From: an uncultured Candidatus Saccharibacteria bacterium
GTDB taxonomy: Bacteria; Patescibacteriota; Minisyncoccia; SW-4-49-11
Direction of reading: 5' to 3'
Length of the DNA: 64,000 nt
Assembly: GCA_964633865.1 (NCBI GenBank)
Contig: CAZWIJ010000007.1
Span: 20,711-84,710 of the forward strand
Of this stretch, positions 1-11,037 are shown piece by piece (positions within the stretch are counted from its first letter, which is position 1; every line of letters starts with the position of its first letter). The notes beneath the pieces are model-generated. The model was not told the origin of the DNA and ran no database searches. It saw only the letters and a program-made list of their open reading frames with translations. The position numbers and the translations under genes are program-made.

Positions 1-1
1 G

Positions 2-853
2 ATAAATCATTGGTCAGGTAAAGAAAATCTTTGTTCACAAAATTATTTGTTAACAGAAGAAATTTCTATTAACAAATCTTATGAATTAAGAACAATAGAA
101 TTAGAAAGATCTTTTTTGCAGATTTCAAATATTTTGACTAATGACTATAAAGTTGTTTATTCTAATAAAAAAAGGGTTGCTGGATTTTTAGATCAATTTA
201 ATCTTGAAGAAGTTATTGAAGAGAAAGATAACATTATATCAATTTACTTATTTGAGTATAATCCAAAAAATCCTAATTTGAAATCTCCAATCTTTTTTTA
301 TCTTTTATCTGTAAATATGTTTGATGGAAGTATCCTATCTTTATATAATTATCAATCTTTATCAGATTTTTTTGATTGTATTGACTCTAAAAATGGATTA
401 ATCTATTATGAAATTTTAAGAAGCTTAATCCTAACGGAAATAGCAAATTTATTAGTACCAACTTGTGCTATTCCTAATTTAGAAATTCAAAGAAAAAGAT
501 CTTATACAAGAAGTAAAAGAAATAGTGATGATGTTGAGATAATTATAAATCAAGTCTTGCTTCCAATGATAAAATCTTTACAAGATTATAAGTATGTATC
601 AAATGAATCTATTCAAGAATCACGAGATTATGAATATGAAGAATCTGGTAGACTTATTAAAGTTAGAGCTCATCTAAGAAGATTAAATCAGGGACAAAAA
701 GCCAGTAAAGAGGCTATTTCTTTTGGAAAACAAATATCTTGGGAATTTGATCATTCTCAATTTACCTTAGTAAGATCTTTCGAAAAAAAGATTAAATCTC
801 ATAAAGTAGTAGAGAATAATTTGAAAATTGGAGTTTATCGTAATAAATTTTAA
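2..853 (+). CDS. Hypothetical protein, 5'-truncated by the window edge; paralog of 11242..12579
   Basis: Frame is open from base 2. Shares YEILRSL.LTEIANL.VP, SRD.EYEE.GRL.KVRAHLRRL, FTLVRS and K.G.YRNK blocks with 11242..12579. Confidence 0.8.
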   Translation: MNHWSGKENLCSQNYLLTEEISINKSYELRTIELERSFLQISNILTNDYKVVYSNKKRVAGFLDQFNLEEVIEEKDNIISIYLFEYNPKNPNLKSPIFFYLLSVNMFDGSILSLYNYQSLSDFFDCIDSKNGLIYYEILRSLILTEIANLLVPTCAIPNLEIQRKRSYTRSKRNSDDVEIIINQVLLPMIKSLQDYKYVSNESIQESRDYEYEESGRLIKVRAHLRRLNQGQKASKEAISFGKQISWEFDHSQFTLVRSFEKKIKSHKVVENNLKIGVYRNKF

Positions 854-885
854 TTTGTTATTTTAATAATTTAATTCAAGATATG

Positions 886-2103
886 TTAATCAACTAAACT
901 CCTGTCCCTAATATTTTTAGGGGCTTTTTTTATTATAAATAAACCAATTAATACAATCATAAATAAAACAGCCAGATCATTTTTCCAAAAGACAGTATCA
1001 AACAATCCATAAATCAAAATACTTGCAAAAGAAATATTTAACCAAAGTATATTTTTATTACTCAATAGACTATAAATTGACTTTTTAATAATTAAACCTA
1101 ACCAAATTATTCCTAATATTCCTGTATGAAACCAAAAGGCTAGATATAAATTATGGGGTTCAGGTACCAACCACTCAAAAGGGGGGAAATATTTTTTAGG
1201 CACTTCTCTTTCATAATTAGATTGAAAATCTGCCAACCCATACCCAAGAATAGGTTGCTCTTTAATTAAACTCAAAGTAGTATCCCAAATTTGAATTCTT
1301 GTTGTAATAGAATTTCTTTTTTCTAAATCGAATAAATTTTGAAATTTTGAGGTTCTGGATTGCCAAGATATAAATCCTATTAAGACTAATATTATGATTG
1401 AAAAACTAATCGTAATTTTTTTAATATTCATCTTTTTTGATGAGACAAATATCATTACAAAATATATAAAAAAACCTGATATCATTGCTAAGATTGATAT
1501 ATAAGATTGTGTTATAATATTTCCTAAAATTAAAAATCCTGTAATAAAATAATTTATTTTTTGATTCTTCGTAAAATTAATATATAAACTTAAAAAAATA
1601 ATTGGAGTCAAGTACATTCCAATATAGTTAGCAAAACCACCCTGACTAACAGCAGGATCAAGTCCTAGATTATACAGTGCTACTGGCCTAAAATCTTGCC
1701 TAAATCCCGCTAATAAGACTTGCATCATACTGATTCCACTAATATATAAGCCTGAAATAATTAAACCCTTTATAAAGCCATCATATAACTTTTGATTATT
1801 AATAAAAATCATCCCTAATATTAATGGGATTATAAAAAATGATTTCCAAATTCCAAGAGAATCCAAAGTTTGATTTGTGTTTATAAGTCCTATAAATGAA
1901 ATTATTCCAAATATCCAAAAGATATAGTTATTACTAAAAGTCTTCCAAAGTTTTGATACTCCTCCAAATTTATTTTTTAAAAGCCAAATTAGAATAAATA
2001 TTATAGCCAAAATTTCAAATAAATTGGTTGGGATAAAAAAAACTTTAAATCGAATAACATACAACGGCAATACTAGAGCTAAAATAAAGGCTAGTTTTTT
2101 CAT
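886..2103 (-). CDS. O-antigen ligase (Wzy_C/WaaL-like) family membrane protein
   Basis: Polytopic membrane protein with R..IW......I.E.PILGYG and PHNLYL..W...GILG motifs. Confidence 0.85.
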   Translation of the reverse strand: MKKLAFILALVLPLYVIRFKVFFIPTNLFEILAIIFILIWLLKNKFGGVSKLWKTFSNNYIFWIFGIISFIGLINTNQTLDSLGIWKSFFIIPLILGMIFINNQKLYDGFIKGLIISGLYISGISMMQVLLAGFRQDFRPVALYNLGLDPAVSQGGFANYIGMYLTPIIFLSLYINFTKNQKINYFITGFLILGNIITQSYISILAMISGFFIYFVMIFVSSKKMNIKKITISFSIIILVLIGFISWQSRTSKFQNLFDLEKRNSITTRIQIWDTTLSLIKEQPILGYGLADFQSNYEREVPKKYFPPFEWLVPEPHNLYLAFWFHTGILGIIWLGLIIKKSIYSLLSNKNILWLNISFASILIYGLFDTVFWKNDLAVLFMIVLIGLFIIKKAPKNIRDRSLVD

Positions 2104-2208
2104 ACTAAAATTAAAGATTATATTTATTTTTATTATACTATATTTATTTGTAATAAAAAAGTTAGTTAAAGTAATCTAACTAACTTATGTTAAAATTAAT
2201 CTCTAAAA

Positions 2209-2865
2209 CTATAGATTTTTAAGATGGGAGTGATCATTAATAGAAATCGGGTACCAACCTTCTTGTGTAAATTTAAACTCACAAATTCCAGTATTAGCTA
2301 GTTCAAATCTATAAATAAATCTGTCACTAAATCCTAAGATATAGTGAAGCATACACTTTATAGTAATCCCATGAGAAAAAATTAAAATCAATTTTTCTTT
2401 ATCATCTTGTAAAAATTTAGGGTTATACAAGATTTGATCTTCAAACCAATTAGAAATTCTTCTTTCTACCATTCTTTGAGATTCTCCATTAGGTGGAGTG
2501 AAAATATAACCAAGAGTATTCATTAATCTTAATTGTTTATCTGTATAAACTTGACTTCTTAATTCTCCTTCCCAATCTCCTGCACTAAATTCTTTCAAAT
2601 CTTCTATTATTTCTATATCTAAATTTAGATTAGACTCTTTTAGAACAATTTCTGCCGTCTTTTTAGCTCTTATAAATGGAGAAGAAAAGACAGCAAAAGG
2701 TTTTACATTTTCTTTTTTTAACCTTTTCCCTAAATATATACATTGTTTTTTCCCAATTTCTGATAGGTTGCTCTTTGGAGATTGTCCTGCAATTCTAGAT
2801 GAATCTTGATTAACAATACTTTCTCCATGTCTTATGAACAAAACTCTAATATTTGGTACTTGCAT
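2209..2865 (-). CDS. Histidine phosphatase (phosphoglycerate mutase-like) family protein
   Basis: RHGES, SSPFIRA, GES and SHG motifs. ATG start MQVPNIRV preferred over the upstream TTG. Confidence 0.9.
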   Translation of the reverse strand: MQVPNIRVLFIRHGESIVNQDSSRIAGQSPKSNLSEIGKKQCIYLGKRLKKENVKPFAVFSSPFIRAKKTAEIVLKESNLNLDIEIIEDLKEFSAGDWEGELRSQVYTDKQLRLMNTLGYIFTPPNGESQRMVERRISNWFEDQILYNPKFLQDDKEKLILIFSHGITIKCMLHYILGFSDRFIYRFELANTGICEFKFTQEGWYPISINDHSHLKNL

Positions 2866-3022
2866 ATTTTTGTAGATTAAGGTATAATTTTTACTAGTTA
2901 TATTTTGTAATTGGGAACATTTTAAATAAGTTCTCAATTTTTTATTACCTTACTGTAAAGAATAGAATAACTTAGTAGCATTATCTATTATCCATTCTCT
3001 TTTATTTACTAAGTTAAATTTT

Positions 3023-3832
3023 TTAGATATATAAAGAGTTGTCTAAACATCTTATCATTGTAGGATAAATAAATAGACTAAGGAAATAATTACAATCTAA
3101 TTTTCTACTAAAATTTTCAATTAAATTCATTACCTCATTTGTATATTTATAATCTGGACTTGCAAAAACAAAGAACCATGTATATATCATAGCAACAAAA
3201 GGTGATTCAACTACATTAATCCCTAGTTGAGGGTCAATAAATAAAAATTTATCATCTTTATTTATTAAAATATTGCCAAAATGAAAGTCACCATGTTCTT
3301 CTATTACTTTTATTGATTCAGGTGGATTACTTAAAAGATTAGAAACTTCTTCGATTAAAGGATATTCGCAACTATATGTTTCAGACAACTTATTCAAAAC
3401 TTTTATCCCCATTTCCCAAGGATTTCTGTTTAAAATTGTAAAATTTTGTGAAACAATCTTTCTTTGATTTATCCAATTTACTAAAAATTCTAGGTATTCT
3501 TATAAATACATCAAACCCCTTTTGGGGTTGTTGATTAATATTTCTCCTAAAGAAATTCCTCCATCTTCAATAAATATAAGTCTCTCATTGAGTAAAGGAA
3601 CACTAATAAATTTAGGTGTTTCTAAACCTATCTGATTTAGTCTTTTTAATCCAATATGTTCAATTCGAGATGGTTTATTTATGCCTATTTCTAAACCAGA
3701 ATATTTTATATATAACCCCCCAAATTTGAATACACATTCATTAATTTTCTCTATTTTCATGCTAAACCTCTCACGATAAGGATAACTATCAAAATGTACT
3801 ATCATAAAATAATTTATGATTACAGAATTCAT
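3023..3832 (-). pseudogene. Aminoglycoside-phosphotransferase/kinase-like gene split by an in-frame TAA
   Basis: ORFs 3500..3832 and 3023..3412 are in the same frame, and only TAA 3500-3502 interrupts them. HGDFHFGNILI and FIDP kinase motifs lie in the distal part. Confidence 0.75.
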
Positions 3833-3988
3833 TATATCATATTTTTATATTATTAATTAAAGTTTTTTTCACTTAAAATTTATATTTTTGTAGATTGAAT
3901 CATTAAATTCAACAAGAAGATTATTAACCTAAATTTAAATTTGTTGTGTTTATATAGTGTCTAAACATATTTTTTGAATTTTTTCATA

Positions 3989-5179
3989 TTAAATTGCAAA
4001 TAAAAAGATTATAAATAAAAGAATATGTGGAAAGAAAATACTATTTACAAACATAGAATGTACCAAAATTAAAGCTATTCCAGAGATTGAAGCCAATGTC
4101 ATTGCTTTTTCTATTTTTAGTTTAGTTTCTAAAAATTTTTGAATCCAATCTAAAATTTTGCTAAATATCATTGAAATAAAAATTCCAAGCCCAATAATTC
4201 CACCTGTTAACCAAAGAGTCAATAAACTACTATCTCTTCCAGAAGCTGAGTTAAGGGAAGATTCTTTGATAGTCTGATATTTGATTGTATTATAACCTAT
4301 TCCTAAAATTGGTTTTTTTTCTATATCTTGTATTGTATCTAGCCAATTTTGGATTCTTAAGGAGGCTGTAACATCTACAGTGATGATTCCCATAACTCTT
4401 TCCTGTAAACGAGAATTAGATGAAATACCTATACTCATCAAAATCATCATAATAATCAAAGTTTTTTTTGAATAAAACAATGTCAAGACTGACATACCAA
4501 TAACAAAAGCTAATAATGCACTCCTAGAATAAGTTAGAAACAAAGCTATGAATATAATAGCACTGCCTGATAACCAAAATATAATTTGTTTTTTATTTTT
4601 TTTCCAATCCTCATCTTTGAGAGAAACTAAAACTCTTGACAATACCACCAATAAAGATAATCCAAGGAATCCACCTAAAAAATTTGGATCATACCAAGTT
4701 GAAAGCAATCTTCCTTGATGTGGATCCCAGCCATATTGTGCCATAAAAGAAAAATCTGGGAATAGTATTAATTGTAAGAATCCTAAAATAGAAAGAATAA
4801 CTCCTGTATAAAAAAAACTATTCCATATCCAAATCAAACCTTTTTCTCTATTTTTATCCAAAAAATCTATTACTGGAATAATAAAAGTTAAATAACTAAA
4901 TAATCTTAACCAATACAGAAAGGCTCCAATTTCTCCACTCGAAGAAATAATAAAACTCATGTTAAACAATAGACTAGCTAAAAGATAAAAAATAAAAATA
5001 AATAACCAAACCAAAATTGGAGCAAAAGGAATTTCTTCTTTTCTAATAATTTTATTTAAAAAATATATTCCTAGAATTCCAATCAAAACAAAATCTGTAG
5101 CTACTCCTAAACTACCAAATCTTGTAATTTGACCTGTAATTACAGTTATTATTAAGATTATAAATAGAATTTTTTGCAT
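3989..5179 (-). CDS. O-antigen ligase family membrane protein
   Basis: RLLSTWYDPNFLGGFL, LTYSRSA and R..NW.....I...PILGIG motifs; multiple TM segments. Confidence 0.85.
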   Translation of the reverse strand: MQKILFIILIITVITGQITRFGSLGVATDFVLIGILGIYFLNKIIRKEEIPFAPILVWLFIFIFYLLASLLFNMSFIISSSGEIGAFLYWLRLFSYLTFIIPVIDFLDKNREKGLIWIWNSFFYTGVILSILGFLQLILFPDFSFMAQYGWDPHQGRLLSTWYDPNFLGGFLGLSLLVVLSRVLVSLKDEDWKKNKKQIIFWLSGSAIIFIALFLTYSRSALLAFVIGMSVLTLFYSKKTLIIMMILMSIGISSNSRLQERVMGIITVDVTASLRIQNWLDTIQDIEKKPILGIGYNTIKYQTIKESSLNSASGRDSSLLTLWLTGGIIGLGIFISMIFSKILDWIQKFLETKLKIEKAMTLASISGIALILVHSMFVNSIFFPHILLFIIFLFAI

Positions 5180-5288
5180 AAGTAATTTAAATTCTTTCCT
5201 TTATTCTAACAAAAAATTTTTATATTAGCAATTAAAACAAAAAAACATAGTTTTTTATCACTATGCTTTTTTATAGATAGTAAATTAT

Positions 5289-7520
5289 TTATTTTCTACT
5301 ATCCTCTAATTTTTGATTTAATTTAGCAATATTTTCTCTCTTAGAAACTAGTTCTTGATCAGGCTCATAATTTAGAATTTCAGAAGATGATTCTTTAATA
5401 ATTTTAGTTATATTATCAAAAGATGTATCATTAATACCTTCTAATTTTTGTTGAATATATTTAGGAAGTTGTTTATATTTTTTAGATAATTCCTCTCTAA
5501 TAGATGTTGCCTCTTGCCATTTTTGTACTTCTTTATTTAATTCTTCTTTTAATTCTATATATTTTTGTTTTTCTGAATTTACAGTATTTTGTAATTCTTT
5601 CAAACGATTAATCTCCTTATTATTTCTCAAAAGAATAAATTTTTTACTTTCAGTATCTATATCCTTTGAAAGTTTGTTCATTACATTATCAAAATCACTT
5701 ACTTCACCAAATTTACCACTTCCTACTTTGGCAGAGAGTTCAGAAGAGATTTTATCTATCTCAGATATTAAAGAGTCTCTTTTAGCCCAATCCCACTGTA
5801 AATTAAATTCCCCATCTTTAAAGCTATATTTATCATTTACTGATTCTAGTGTTTTTATAAGATTAGTATCAGCCTGTCCTTGTTCTAATGCTCTTTTATA
5901 AGACATCATAGTCTGATCTAGGTTATCCAGATTTCTATATTCTTCTGAGTCTTTAGCTTCACGGATTTGATCAGCTATGTTGCTAGTTTCTTTTTCCTTA
6001 TAAATACGACTCTCTCTTGATATTATTTGATCTATTGATTTTTTTTCTTCCTCTTGACTTCTCAAATAAAATTCATCATTTTTTTGTTTATCAAATTTAG
6101 TTTCAACTGATTTATTAAATATTTCTTGATACTGTGGGTATGATTGTAAAACATCTTCCAAATTAGAATCTTTATTAATCCAGAATGCTAATTCTTTTAA
6201 TTGAGGATCATTTGATTCAGTCAAATATACCAATCTGGCTTGTCCTGTTAATTTTAATGCTTTATTGATTGTTTTCGAATCAGGATTTAATTCTTGTAAT
6301 TGAATTAACTTATCACCTATATCATTGCTTAAAGCTTCTGAGACATCACCATCTTCCATTTTATAATTTCCTAACACATAATCTGATGTATTTCTAAACA
6401 TTTTTTTTGATATTGAGTCTTTCATTGACTCATCTTTTGCTTTATCACTTGCTTCAAATAGTGTCTGTATATATTTATTCCCTTCATCCAAACCATAAAT
6501 ACTATAAATGTCAGCAATATTTTTTTCACTAAAGAGTTCTTTTGGATTATCAAGTAAATTCTGTAATTCTTTATCTAAAATCACTTTATTATCATATATT
6601 TCTGCTTCACTTCCTATATATTTTGATTCTAATTCTTTGATATTCTCTTTAAGTTTTTCTAACTCTTCTTTTCTAGCATTATCTATCATTTGTTCAGTTT
6701 CTTCATTGAATAACTCTATATTCTTCTGACTTTCTTCTATATTTGAGTTAAGTTCAATAACTTTATTCTCTAATTTAGGATATGCTGATACAAACTCATC
6801 TACAGACATACCTGGAAATCGAGTCATTGCTTCCTCAATCTTAGAATTTAAAATGCCTTTTTGCTCTTTACTTGATTCAAATTTTTTATTTAGATTCTGT
6901 AACTCTAAAGATCTTTCTTGTGTAATTTGTTCTGCAATTCCCAAAGATGGATTATTTTCTAAATTTTGTAAAGATTCTTTTAATTCAGCGATAATTTCTC
7001 CTTGTTTTGATAATCCAGTTTCATCAGAAATTTCAAAGTCAGGAATTTTTTCTGATTCAATAACTTCAGAAGAATCTTCTATTAAGGAATCTATTGTGTC
7101 ATCCTCTAAATTCTTGGTAGTAACTTGTTCTGATTTTATATTATTAAGTGCACCATCTATTAAAGAGTCAAAATCATCTTCTTCATCATCTAGAAATTCT
7201 TCAAATCTTTCATCAGATGATGTATTTGCTTCTTCTTGTGAAGAAATCTCTTTCATTTTATCTTCAATCACAGATATTATACTAGTATACAGTTCTTTTT
7301 CCCCACCTTCATCTGATTCATCTAAACCATCTAAAATTACTTTATATTCTTCAAGACTTTTTTGAAGTTTATTTTTTTCATCATTAAGCTTAATTAATTT
7401 TTCTTTTTTATTATTTTCTTCTTCTTGTAAATTATCTATTTTCTTTACTTCTGACTCAGGATTAGTTTGTATCTTTTCTGATTGATTTGATTCATATGAG
7501 TTATTTTCAATATTATTCAT
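5289..7520 (-). CDS. Large acidic coiled-coil hypothetical protein
   Basis: 743-aa ORF, E/K/D-rich with heptad character and no recognisable catalytic motif. Confidence 0.75.
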   Translation of the reverse strand: MNNIENNSYESNQSEKIQTNPESEVKKIDNLQEEENNKKEKLIKLNDEKNKLQKSLEEYKVILDGLDESDEGGEKELYTSIISVIEDKMKEISSQEEANTSSDERFEEFLDDEEDDFDSLIDGALNNIKSEQVTTKNLEDDTIDSLIEDSSEVIESEKIPDFEISDETGLSKQGEIIAELKESLQNLENNPSLGIAEQITQERSLELQNLNKKFESSKEQKGILNSKIEEAMTRFPGMSVDEFVSAYPKLENKVIELNSNIEESQKNIELFNEETEQMIDNARKEELEKLKENIKELESKYIGSEAEIYDNKVILDKELQNLLDNPKELFSEKNIADIYSIYGLDEGNKYIQTLFEASDKAKDESMKDSISKKMFRNTSDYVLGNYKMEDGDVSEALSNDIGDKLIQLQELNPDSKTINKALKLTGQARLVYLTESNDPQLKELAFWINKDSNLEDVLQSYPQYQEIFNKSVETKFDKQKNDEFYLRSQEEEKKSIDQIISRESRIYKEKETSNIADQIREAKDSEEYRNLDNLDQTMMSYKRALEQGQADTNLIKTLESVNDKYSFKDGEFNLQWDWAKRDSLISEIDKISSELSAKVGSGKFGEVSDFDNVMNKLSKDIDTESKKFILLRNNKEINRLKELQNTVNSEKQKYIELKEELNKEVQKWQEATSIREELSKKYKQLPKYIQQKLEGINDTSFDNITKIIKESSSEILNYEPDQELVSKRENIAKLNQKLEDSRK

Positions 7521-7642
7521 ATTATATTTTTTTAATAGTATATATATATGTTAACATAGTATATATACTTGTCAATCAAATCTAAAAAGTTAATGTTAAT
7601 AAAAAAGATTATATTTTAAAAATATAATCTAAACATTCTTAT

Positions 7643-8167
7643 CTACTTGTTGATCACTTTTTTAATAAAATTTAATCTTTCTTCTAATGTGCCTTTTACT
7701 ACAAAATGTGGTAATTTAAAATTATCTATCAAGAATTTAATACTATCATCAACTTCAACTTGAGTTTCTTTACTTGCTCTACCTATTTCTGATTGATAAT
7801 TAAATTCTATAGGAAGATAAAATAAATAATCATATCCAAAAGTGATTTTTTTAGCTGATTCCATAAGCTTTCCCATATCTATTAAAGATGACCTAGAATA
7901 CAGAACTGTGTAAGCAAGAAAGTCTATAATAGACCGGTCAGTCACAAAATTACTATATTTACTTTCTTCTAAAATTTCAAGATTAAAAAGATTTTTCTGA
8001 TGAATCCACCTTTCATCTTTAGTAAGTATTTCAAAGTTTTCAATGTTATTTGATTTATAATAATTTCTAGAAATATTAGTAATCAAATCTAAATTTAAAT
8101 CTTCTGACAACTTTTTAGCTAAAGTTGTCTTCCCAGTACCATGTGAACCTGTGAATGCTATTTTCAT
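7643..8167 (-). CDS. AAA_28 / NadR-like P-loop nucleotide kinase
   Basis: MKIAFTGSHGTGKTT Walker A, DRSIID.LAY, YDYLFYLP and GTLEERL. Confidence 0.85.
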   Translation of the reverse strand: MKIAFTGSHGTGKTTLAKKLSEDLNLDLITNISRNYYKSNNIENFEILTKDERWIHQKNLFNLEILEESKYSNFVTDRSIIDFLAYTVLYSRSSLIDMGKLMESAKKITFGYDYLFYLPIEFNYQSEIGRASKETQVEVDDSIKFLIDNFKLPHFVVKGTLEERLNFIKKVINK

Positions 8168-8236
8168 AATAATGAAATCTTTATGAATGAACTTTGGATC
8201 AACTATATTATATCATACTTTATTTAATAATAATTC

Positions 8237-8917
8237 TTATTTTAAAAATTTCATTACATCAAATTTAAGTGGCTTTTTCCATTGAAAGAAAGCAAATGTC
8301 AGTAAAGAGGCACCTAATAGCTCAAAACTTTCTTCAAATAATACCATCACATTATATTCTTCTCTAGATAATTTTTCAGTTGTTGCATAACCTTCTATAA
8401 ATAATACACTTAGAAATAAAGTTGTACCTAAAAAAATCATAAATGAAGATAATTTATTATATTTGTAATTTTTTATCAAATGAATTAGTTCATAAATTAA
8501 AAAAGGTACACTAAATAAAATCAAAAAGATAGCATATAATACCCATATTGCTCCCTCATAACCGTAACTTTCTGCCCAAATTTTTAGATTATAAGCCATT
8601 CCAGGAAAAAAATGATTAGCATATTCTGGAAAATCTTCATGAATCATAATTATTTCATCTAATCCTATATAAATAAAAATTATACCAGAGATCCAAAAAA
8701 ACCATTTATTATATTTATCAATATATGACTTATACAATAAATATACTCCAAAAACTATTAATTTGACAGATTGATAAAAAGTTGGTAAATTTCTTTCTTG
8801 ATCAAGATCATAGTATGTATTAAGCTCACTAAAATTTATATGTAAAAATACTATAAATGAATCTATTAATAAAAGAAATATTATAACCTTAAATTTTATA
8901 AAAAAACTATACAGAAT
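8237..8917 (-). CDS. Multi-pass membrane hypothetical protein (true start uncertain, upstream of the ORF-track call)
   Basis: Frame stays open upstream of 8737 (FLLLIDSF...DLDQERNLPTFYQS) to 8920. DE...IHE and EE.FELLG membrane-family motifs. Confidence 0.65.
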   Translation of the reverse strand: MLYSFFIKFKVIIFLLLIDSFIVFLHINFSELNTYYDLDQERNLPTFYQSVKLIVFGVYLLYKSYIDKYNKWFFWISGIIFIYIGLDEIIMIHEDFPEYANHFFPGMAYNLKIWAESYGYEGAIWVLYAIFLILFSVPFLIYELIHLIKNYKYNKLSSFMIFLGTTLFLSVLFIEGYATTEKLSREEYNVMVLFEESFELLGASLLTFAFFQWKKPLKFDVMKFLK

Positions 8918-8996
8918 ACTTTATTTAACCATTATATCTTTAGTAATTAGAATATATGATAACAAAAAAAACATATTTTGTCCATATGAGGAGCAA

Positions 8997-9776
8997 TTAT
9001 CTATCTCTTTCTTTTTTAGAAATAGCTAAAGTACCATAAGTCATAAAAACTATAATCATTACTACTATAATTAAAACATCAATCCAAATAGGAAAAATTG
9101 TTATAAACTCCTTAACCTCAGGAGTATTCCTATAAAAAGCATTTCTAAACAAATCCACAACATAAGTTAATGGAACTAATCTAGATGGAATCAATAAATA
9201 TAAAGGTAAATCTTTTATAGGAGTAAAGACACCTGCTAAGAAAAACTGAGGAAATATAAATAAAGGAAAGACTCTATTGATATTTTGACTATCATCTGCA
9301 AATGAAATAATTAATAATCCAAAAGCTCCTCCTAAAATCGTAACCAATATAATAATTGGAATAAATATAAGAATATCCATAAATGAATATGTAACTCCAA
9401 TTAATAATCCTATTAATAAAATCATTAAACCCTGTATAAATCCTACAAATCCTTCTCCAATAATTTTACCGATTAAAATTGATACTCTAGCTATCGGTGC
9501 TACAAAAAACTCTTGTGTTAAATCTTGTTCCCTATCTTGAACCAAAGAGATTATACCCTGAGCCACAGTCTGAAAAATAGTTTGTCCCAAAACTCCCACA
9601 AAGGTAAATATCATAAAGTCATAAGGAGTCTGTACATTTGCCTTAAAGCTTCCTCCTAAAACAACTATAAAAATTACTGGAAAAATAAGTGATATCAAAA
9701 CTCTACTTGGATTTTTGATATATTTTGTAATATCCCTGTAGGCAATAGCCGAAATAGCATTGATTTGATTTGTCAT
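8997..9776 (-). CDS. ABC-2 type exporter permease (DrrB-like)
   Basis: Six TM segments; DRE.....FFVAP..R..I..GK and FLAGVF.P motifs; directly downstream of the ATPase gene. Confidence 0.9.
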   Translation of the reverse strand: MTNQINAISAIAYRDITKYIKNPSRVLISLIFPVIFIVVLGGSFKANVQTPYDFMIFTFVGVLGQTIFQTVAQGIISLVQDREQDLTQEFFVAPIARVSILIGKIIGEGFVGFIQGLMILLIGLLIGVTYSFMDILIFIPIIILVTILGGAFGLLIISFADDSQNINRVFPLFIFPQFFLAGVFTPIKDLPLYLLIPSRLVPLTYVVDLFRNAFYRNTPEVKEFITIFPIWIDVLIIVVMIIVFMTYGTLAISKKERDR

Positions 9777-9787
9777 ATAAGTTATAT

Positions 9788-10726
9788 TTAAGATAATAAT
9801 TTAAGGTAAGCTTCTTCTAAAGTTGGTTTTATAATGGATACATCAGATATTTCTGTATCTATCATTTTTATATATTTTTGTACAGTCCAGCTTTTATTAA
9901 TATCTAAAGCCACAGAATTTTCTTTAGATAAATCTTCTATAATATTAATCTTTTTATCTTGTAATTCTTTCTTTAGTTTATCTATATATTTAGTTGTCAA
10001 AATAACATAATCATTCAACAAAGTCTTCTTTATTCCCTCTGGTGTATCATTCAAAATAATTTTTCCATGATTAATAATAGCAACTTGATCAGCTTGTTCA
10101 GCTTCTTCTAAATAGTGAGTTGTAAGAAAGATTGTCAAATTAGTTTCTTTTCTTAAATTATTAAGATACTCCCAAATTGATTTTCGACTAACGGGATCGA
10201 GTCCAGTAGTTGGCTCATCCAAGAATAAAATTTTAGGTTCATGTATCAGACTTCTTATAATTTCTAGTTTTCTTTTCATACCACCAGAATAAGTCTTTAC
10301 TTTTTTATGTAAAAAGTCTTTCATATCAATCAAATCAATCAATTCTTCTACTTTTTGTTTGTAATCTTCTGACATTAATGAATATGTTGGTCTAAAACTA
10401 TAAACACCATATAGTGCAGAGTGAATTCTAATATTTTCCTCACCAGTTAAGTTCTCATCTAAAGATGGTTTTTGTGCTATAATACCGATGTCTTTTCTTA
10501 TTTTGGCAGGATACTTATCTATATTTCTTTTATTTATAATGATATCTCCTGAAGTTTTTGCTAAAGTTGTTGTCAAGATAGATATTGTGGTTGTTTTCCC
10601 AGCTCCATTCTCTCCCAAAAAAGCAAAAAAACTACCTTCCTTAACATTAAAAGAAATATTATCAACCGAATTTTTATCCGCTTTTTTATATTTTTTGACT
10701 AGATTTTTAACTTGAATAATATTCAT
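9788..10726 (-). CDS. ABC exporter ATP-binding protein (DrrA-like)
   Basis: GENGAGKTT, YSGGMKRKL, LFLDEPTTGLDP and TTHYLEEA. Confidence 0.95.
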   Translation of the reverse strand: MNIIQVKNLVKKYKKADKNSVDNISFNVKEGSFFAFLGENGAGKTTTISILTTTLAKTSGDIIINKRNIDKYPAKIRKDIGIIAQKPSLDENLTGEENIRIHSALYGVYSFRPTYSLMSEDYKQKVEELIDLIDMKDFLHKKVKTYSGGMKRKLEIIRSLIHEPKILFLDEPTTGLDPVSRKSIWEYLNNLRKETNLTIFLTTHYLEEAEQADQVAIINHGKIILNDTPEGIKKTLLNDYVILTTKYIDKLKKELQDKKINIIEDLSKENSVALDINKSWTVQKYIKMIDTEISDVSIIKPTLEEAYLKLLS

Positions 10727-10849
10727 ACTTAATTATTAAAATAAAATTATATATACTTACTATATCACAAATATTAAAAATTCATATCAGACTATTGCAA
10801 TATATTATTTTTTTGTTTATAATATCTATAGTAATTATGAATAATTACA

Positions 10850-10938
10850 GCTAAGATGGCGGAATTGGTAGACGCAGCGGACTTAAAATCCGCCGATACT
10901 CAAATATCGTGAGGGTTCAAGTCCCTCTCCTAGCACCA
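10850..10938 (+). tRNA. tRNA-Leu (anticodon UAA)
   Basis: Cloverleaf: GGAATTGGTAGAC D arm, GCGGA-CTTAAAA-TCCGC anticodon arm, long variable arm, GGTTCAAGTCC T arm and encoded CCA; one A:C mismatch in the acceptor stem. Confidence 0.95.
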
Positions 10939-10944
10939 AAATAC

Positions 10945-10979
10945 AAAAAAAGACTGCTTTTATAAAGTAGTCTTTTTTG
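10945..10979 (+). terminator. Intrinsic terminator after tRNA-Leu
   Basis: AAAAAAAGACTGCTTT-TAT-AAAGTAGTCTTTTTT hairpin with U tract. Confidence 0.8.
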
Positions 10980-11037
10980 TAATAATAGTATAAAGTATAT
11001 GTTGACAATAATAAATCCTTTATGCTATACTAAAAAA

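Noticed and set aside
5674-7365. Ser/Phe-rich plus-strand ORFs (5674, 6508, 6853) and similar antisense or alternate-frame ORFs elsewhere (10488, 17672, 18712, 19609, 26815, 27233, 29498, 36873, 39179, 39734, 43158, 44277, 44920, 51930, 53134, 54395, 54604, 55814, 57400, 60764)
   Set aside because: They are shadows of better-supported genes and have no motifs or expression signals.
8921-8932. ATG-GTT-AAA-TAA as proof of a nonsense-inactivated start
   Set aside because: The ATG overlaps a TATAAT -10 box and may be incidental. The gene could start at ATT/CTG near 8917-8912, so this is kept only as weak evidence.
10850-10938. tRNA with a TAA anticodon as an ochre suppressor
   Set aside because: Anticodon UAA reads the Leu codon UUA. 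An ochre suppressor would need anticodon UUA.
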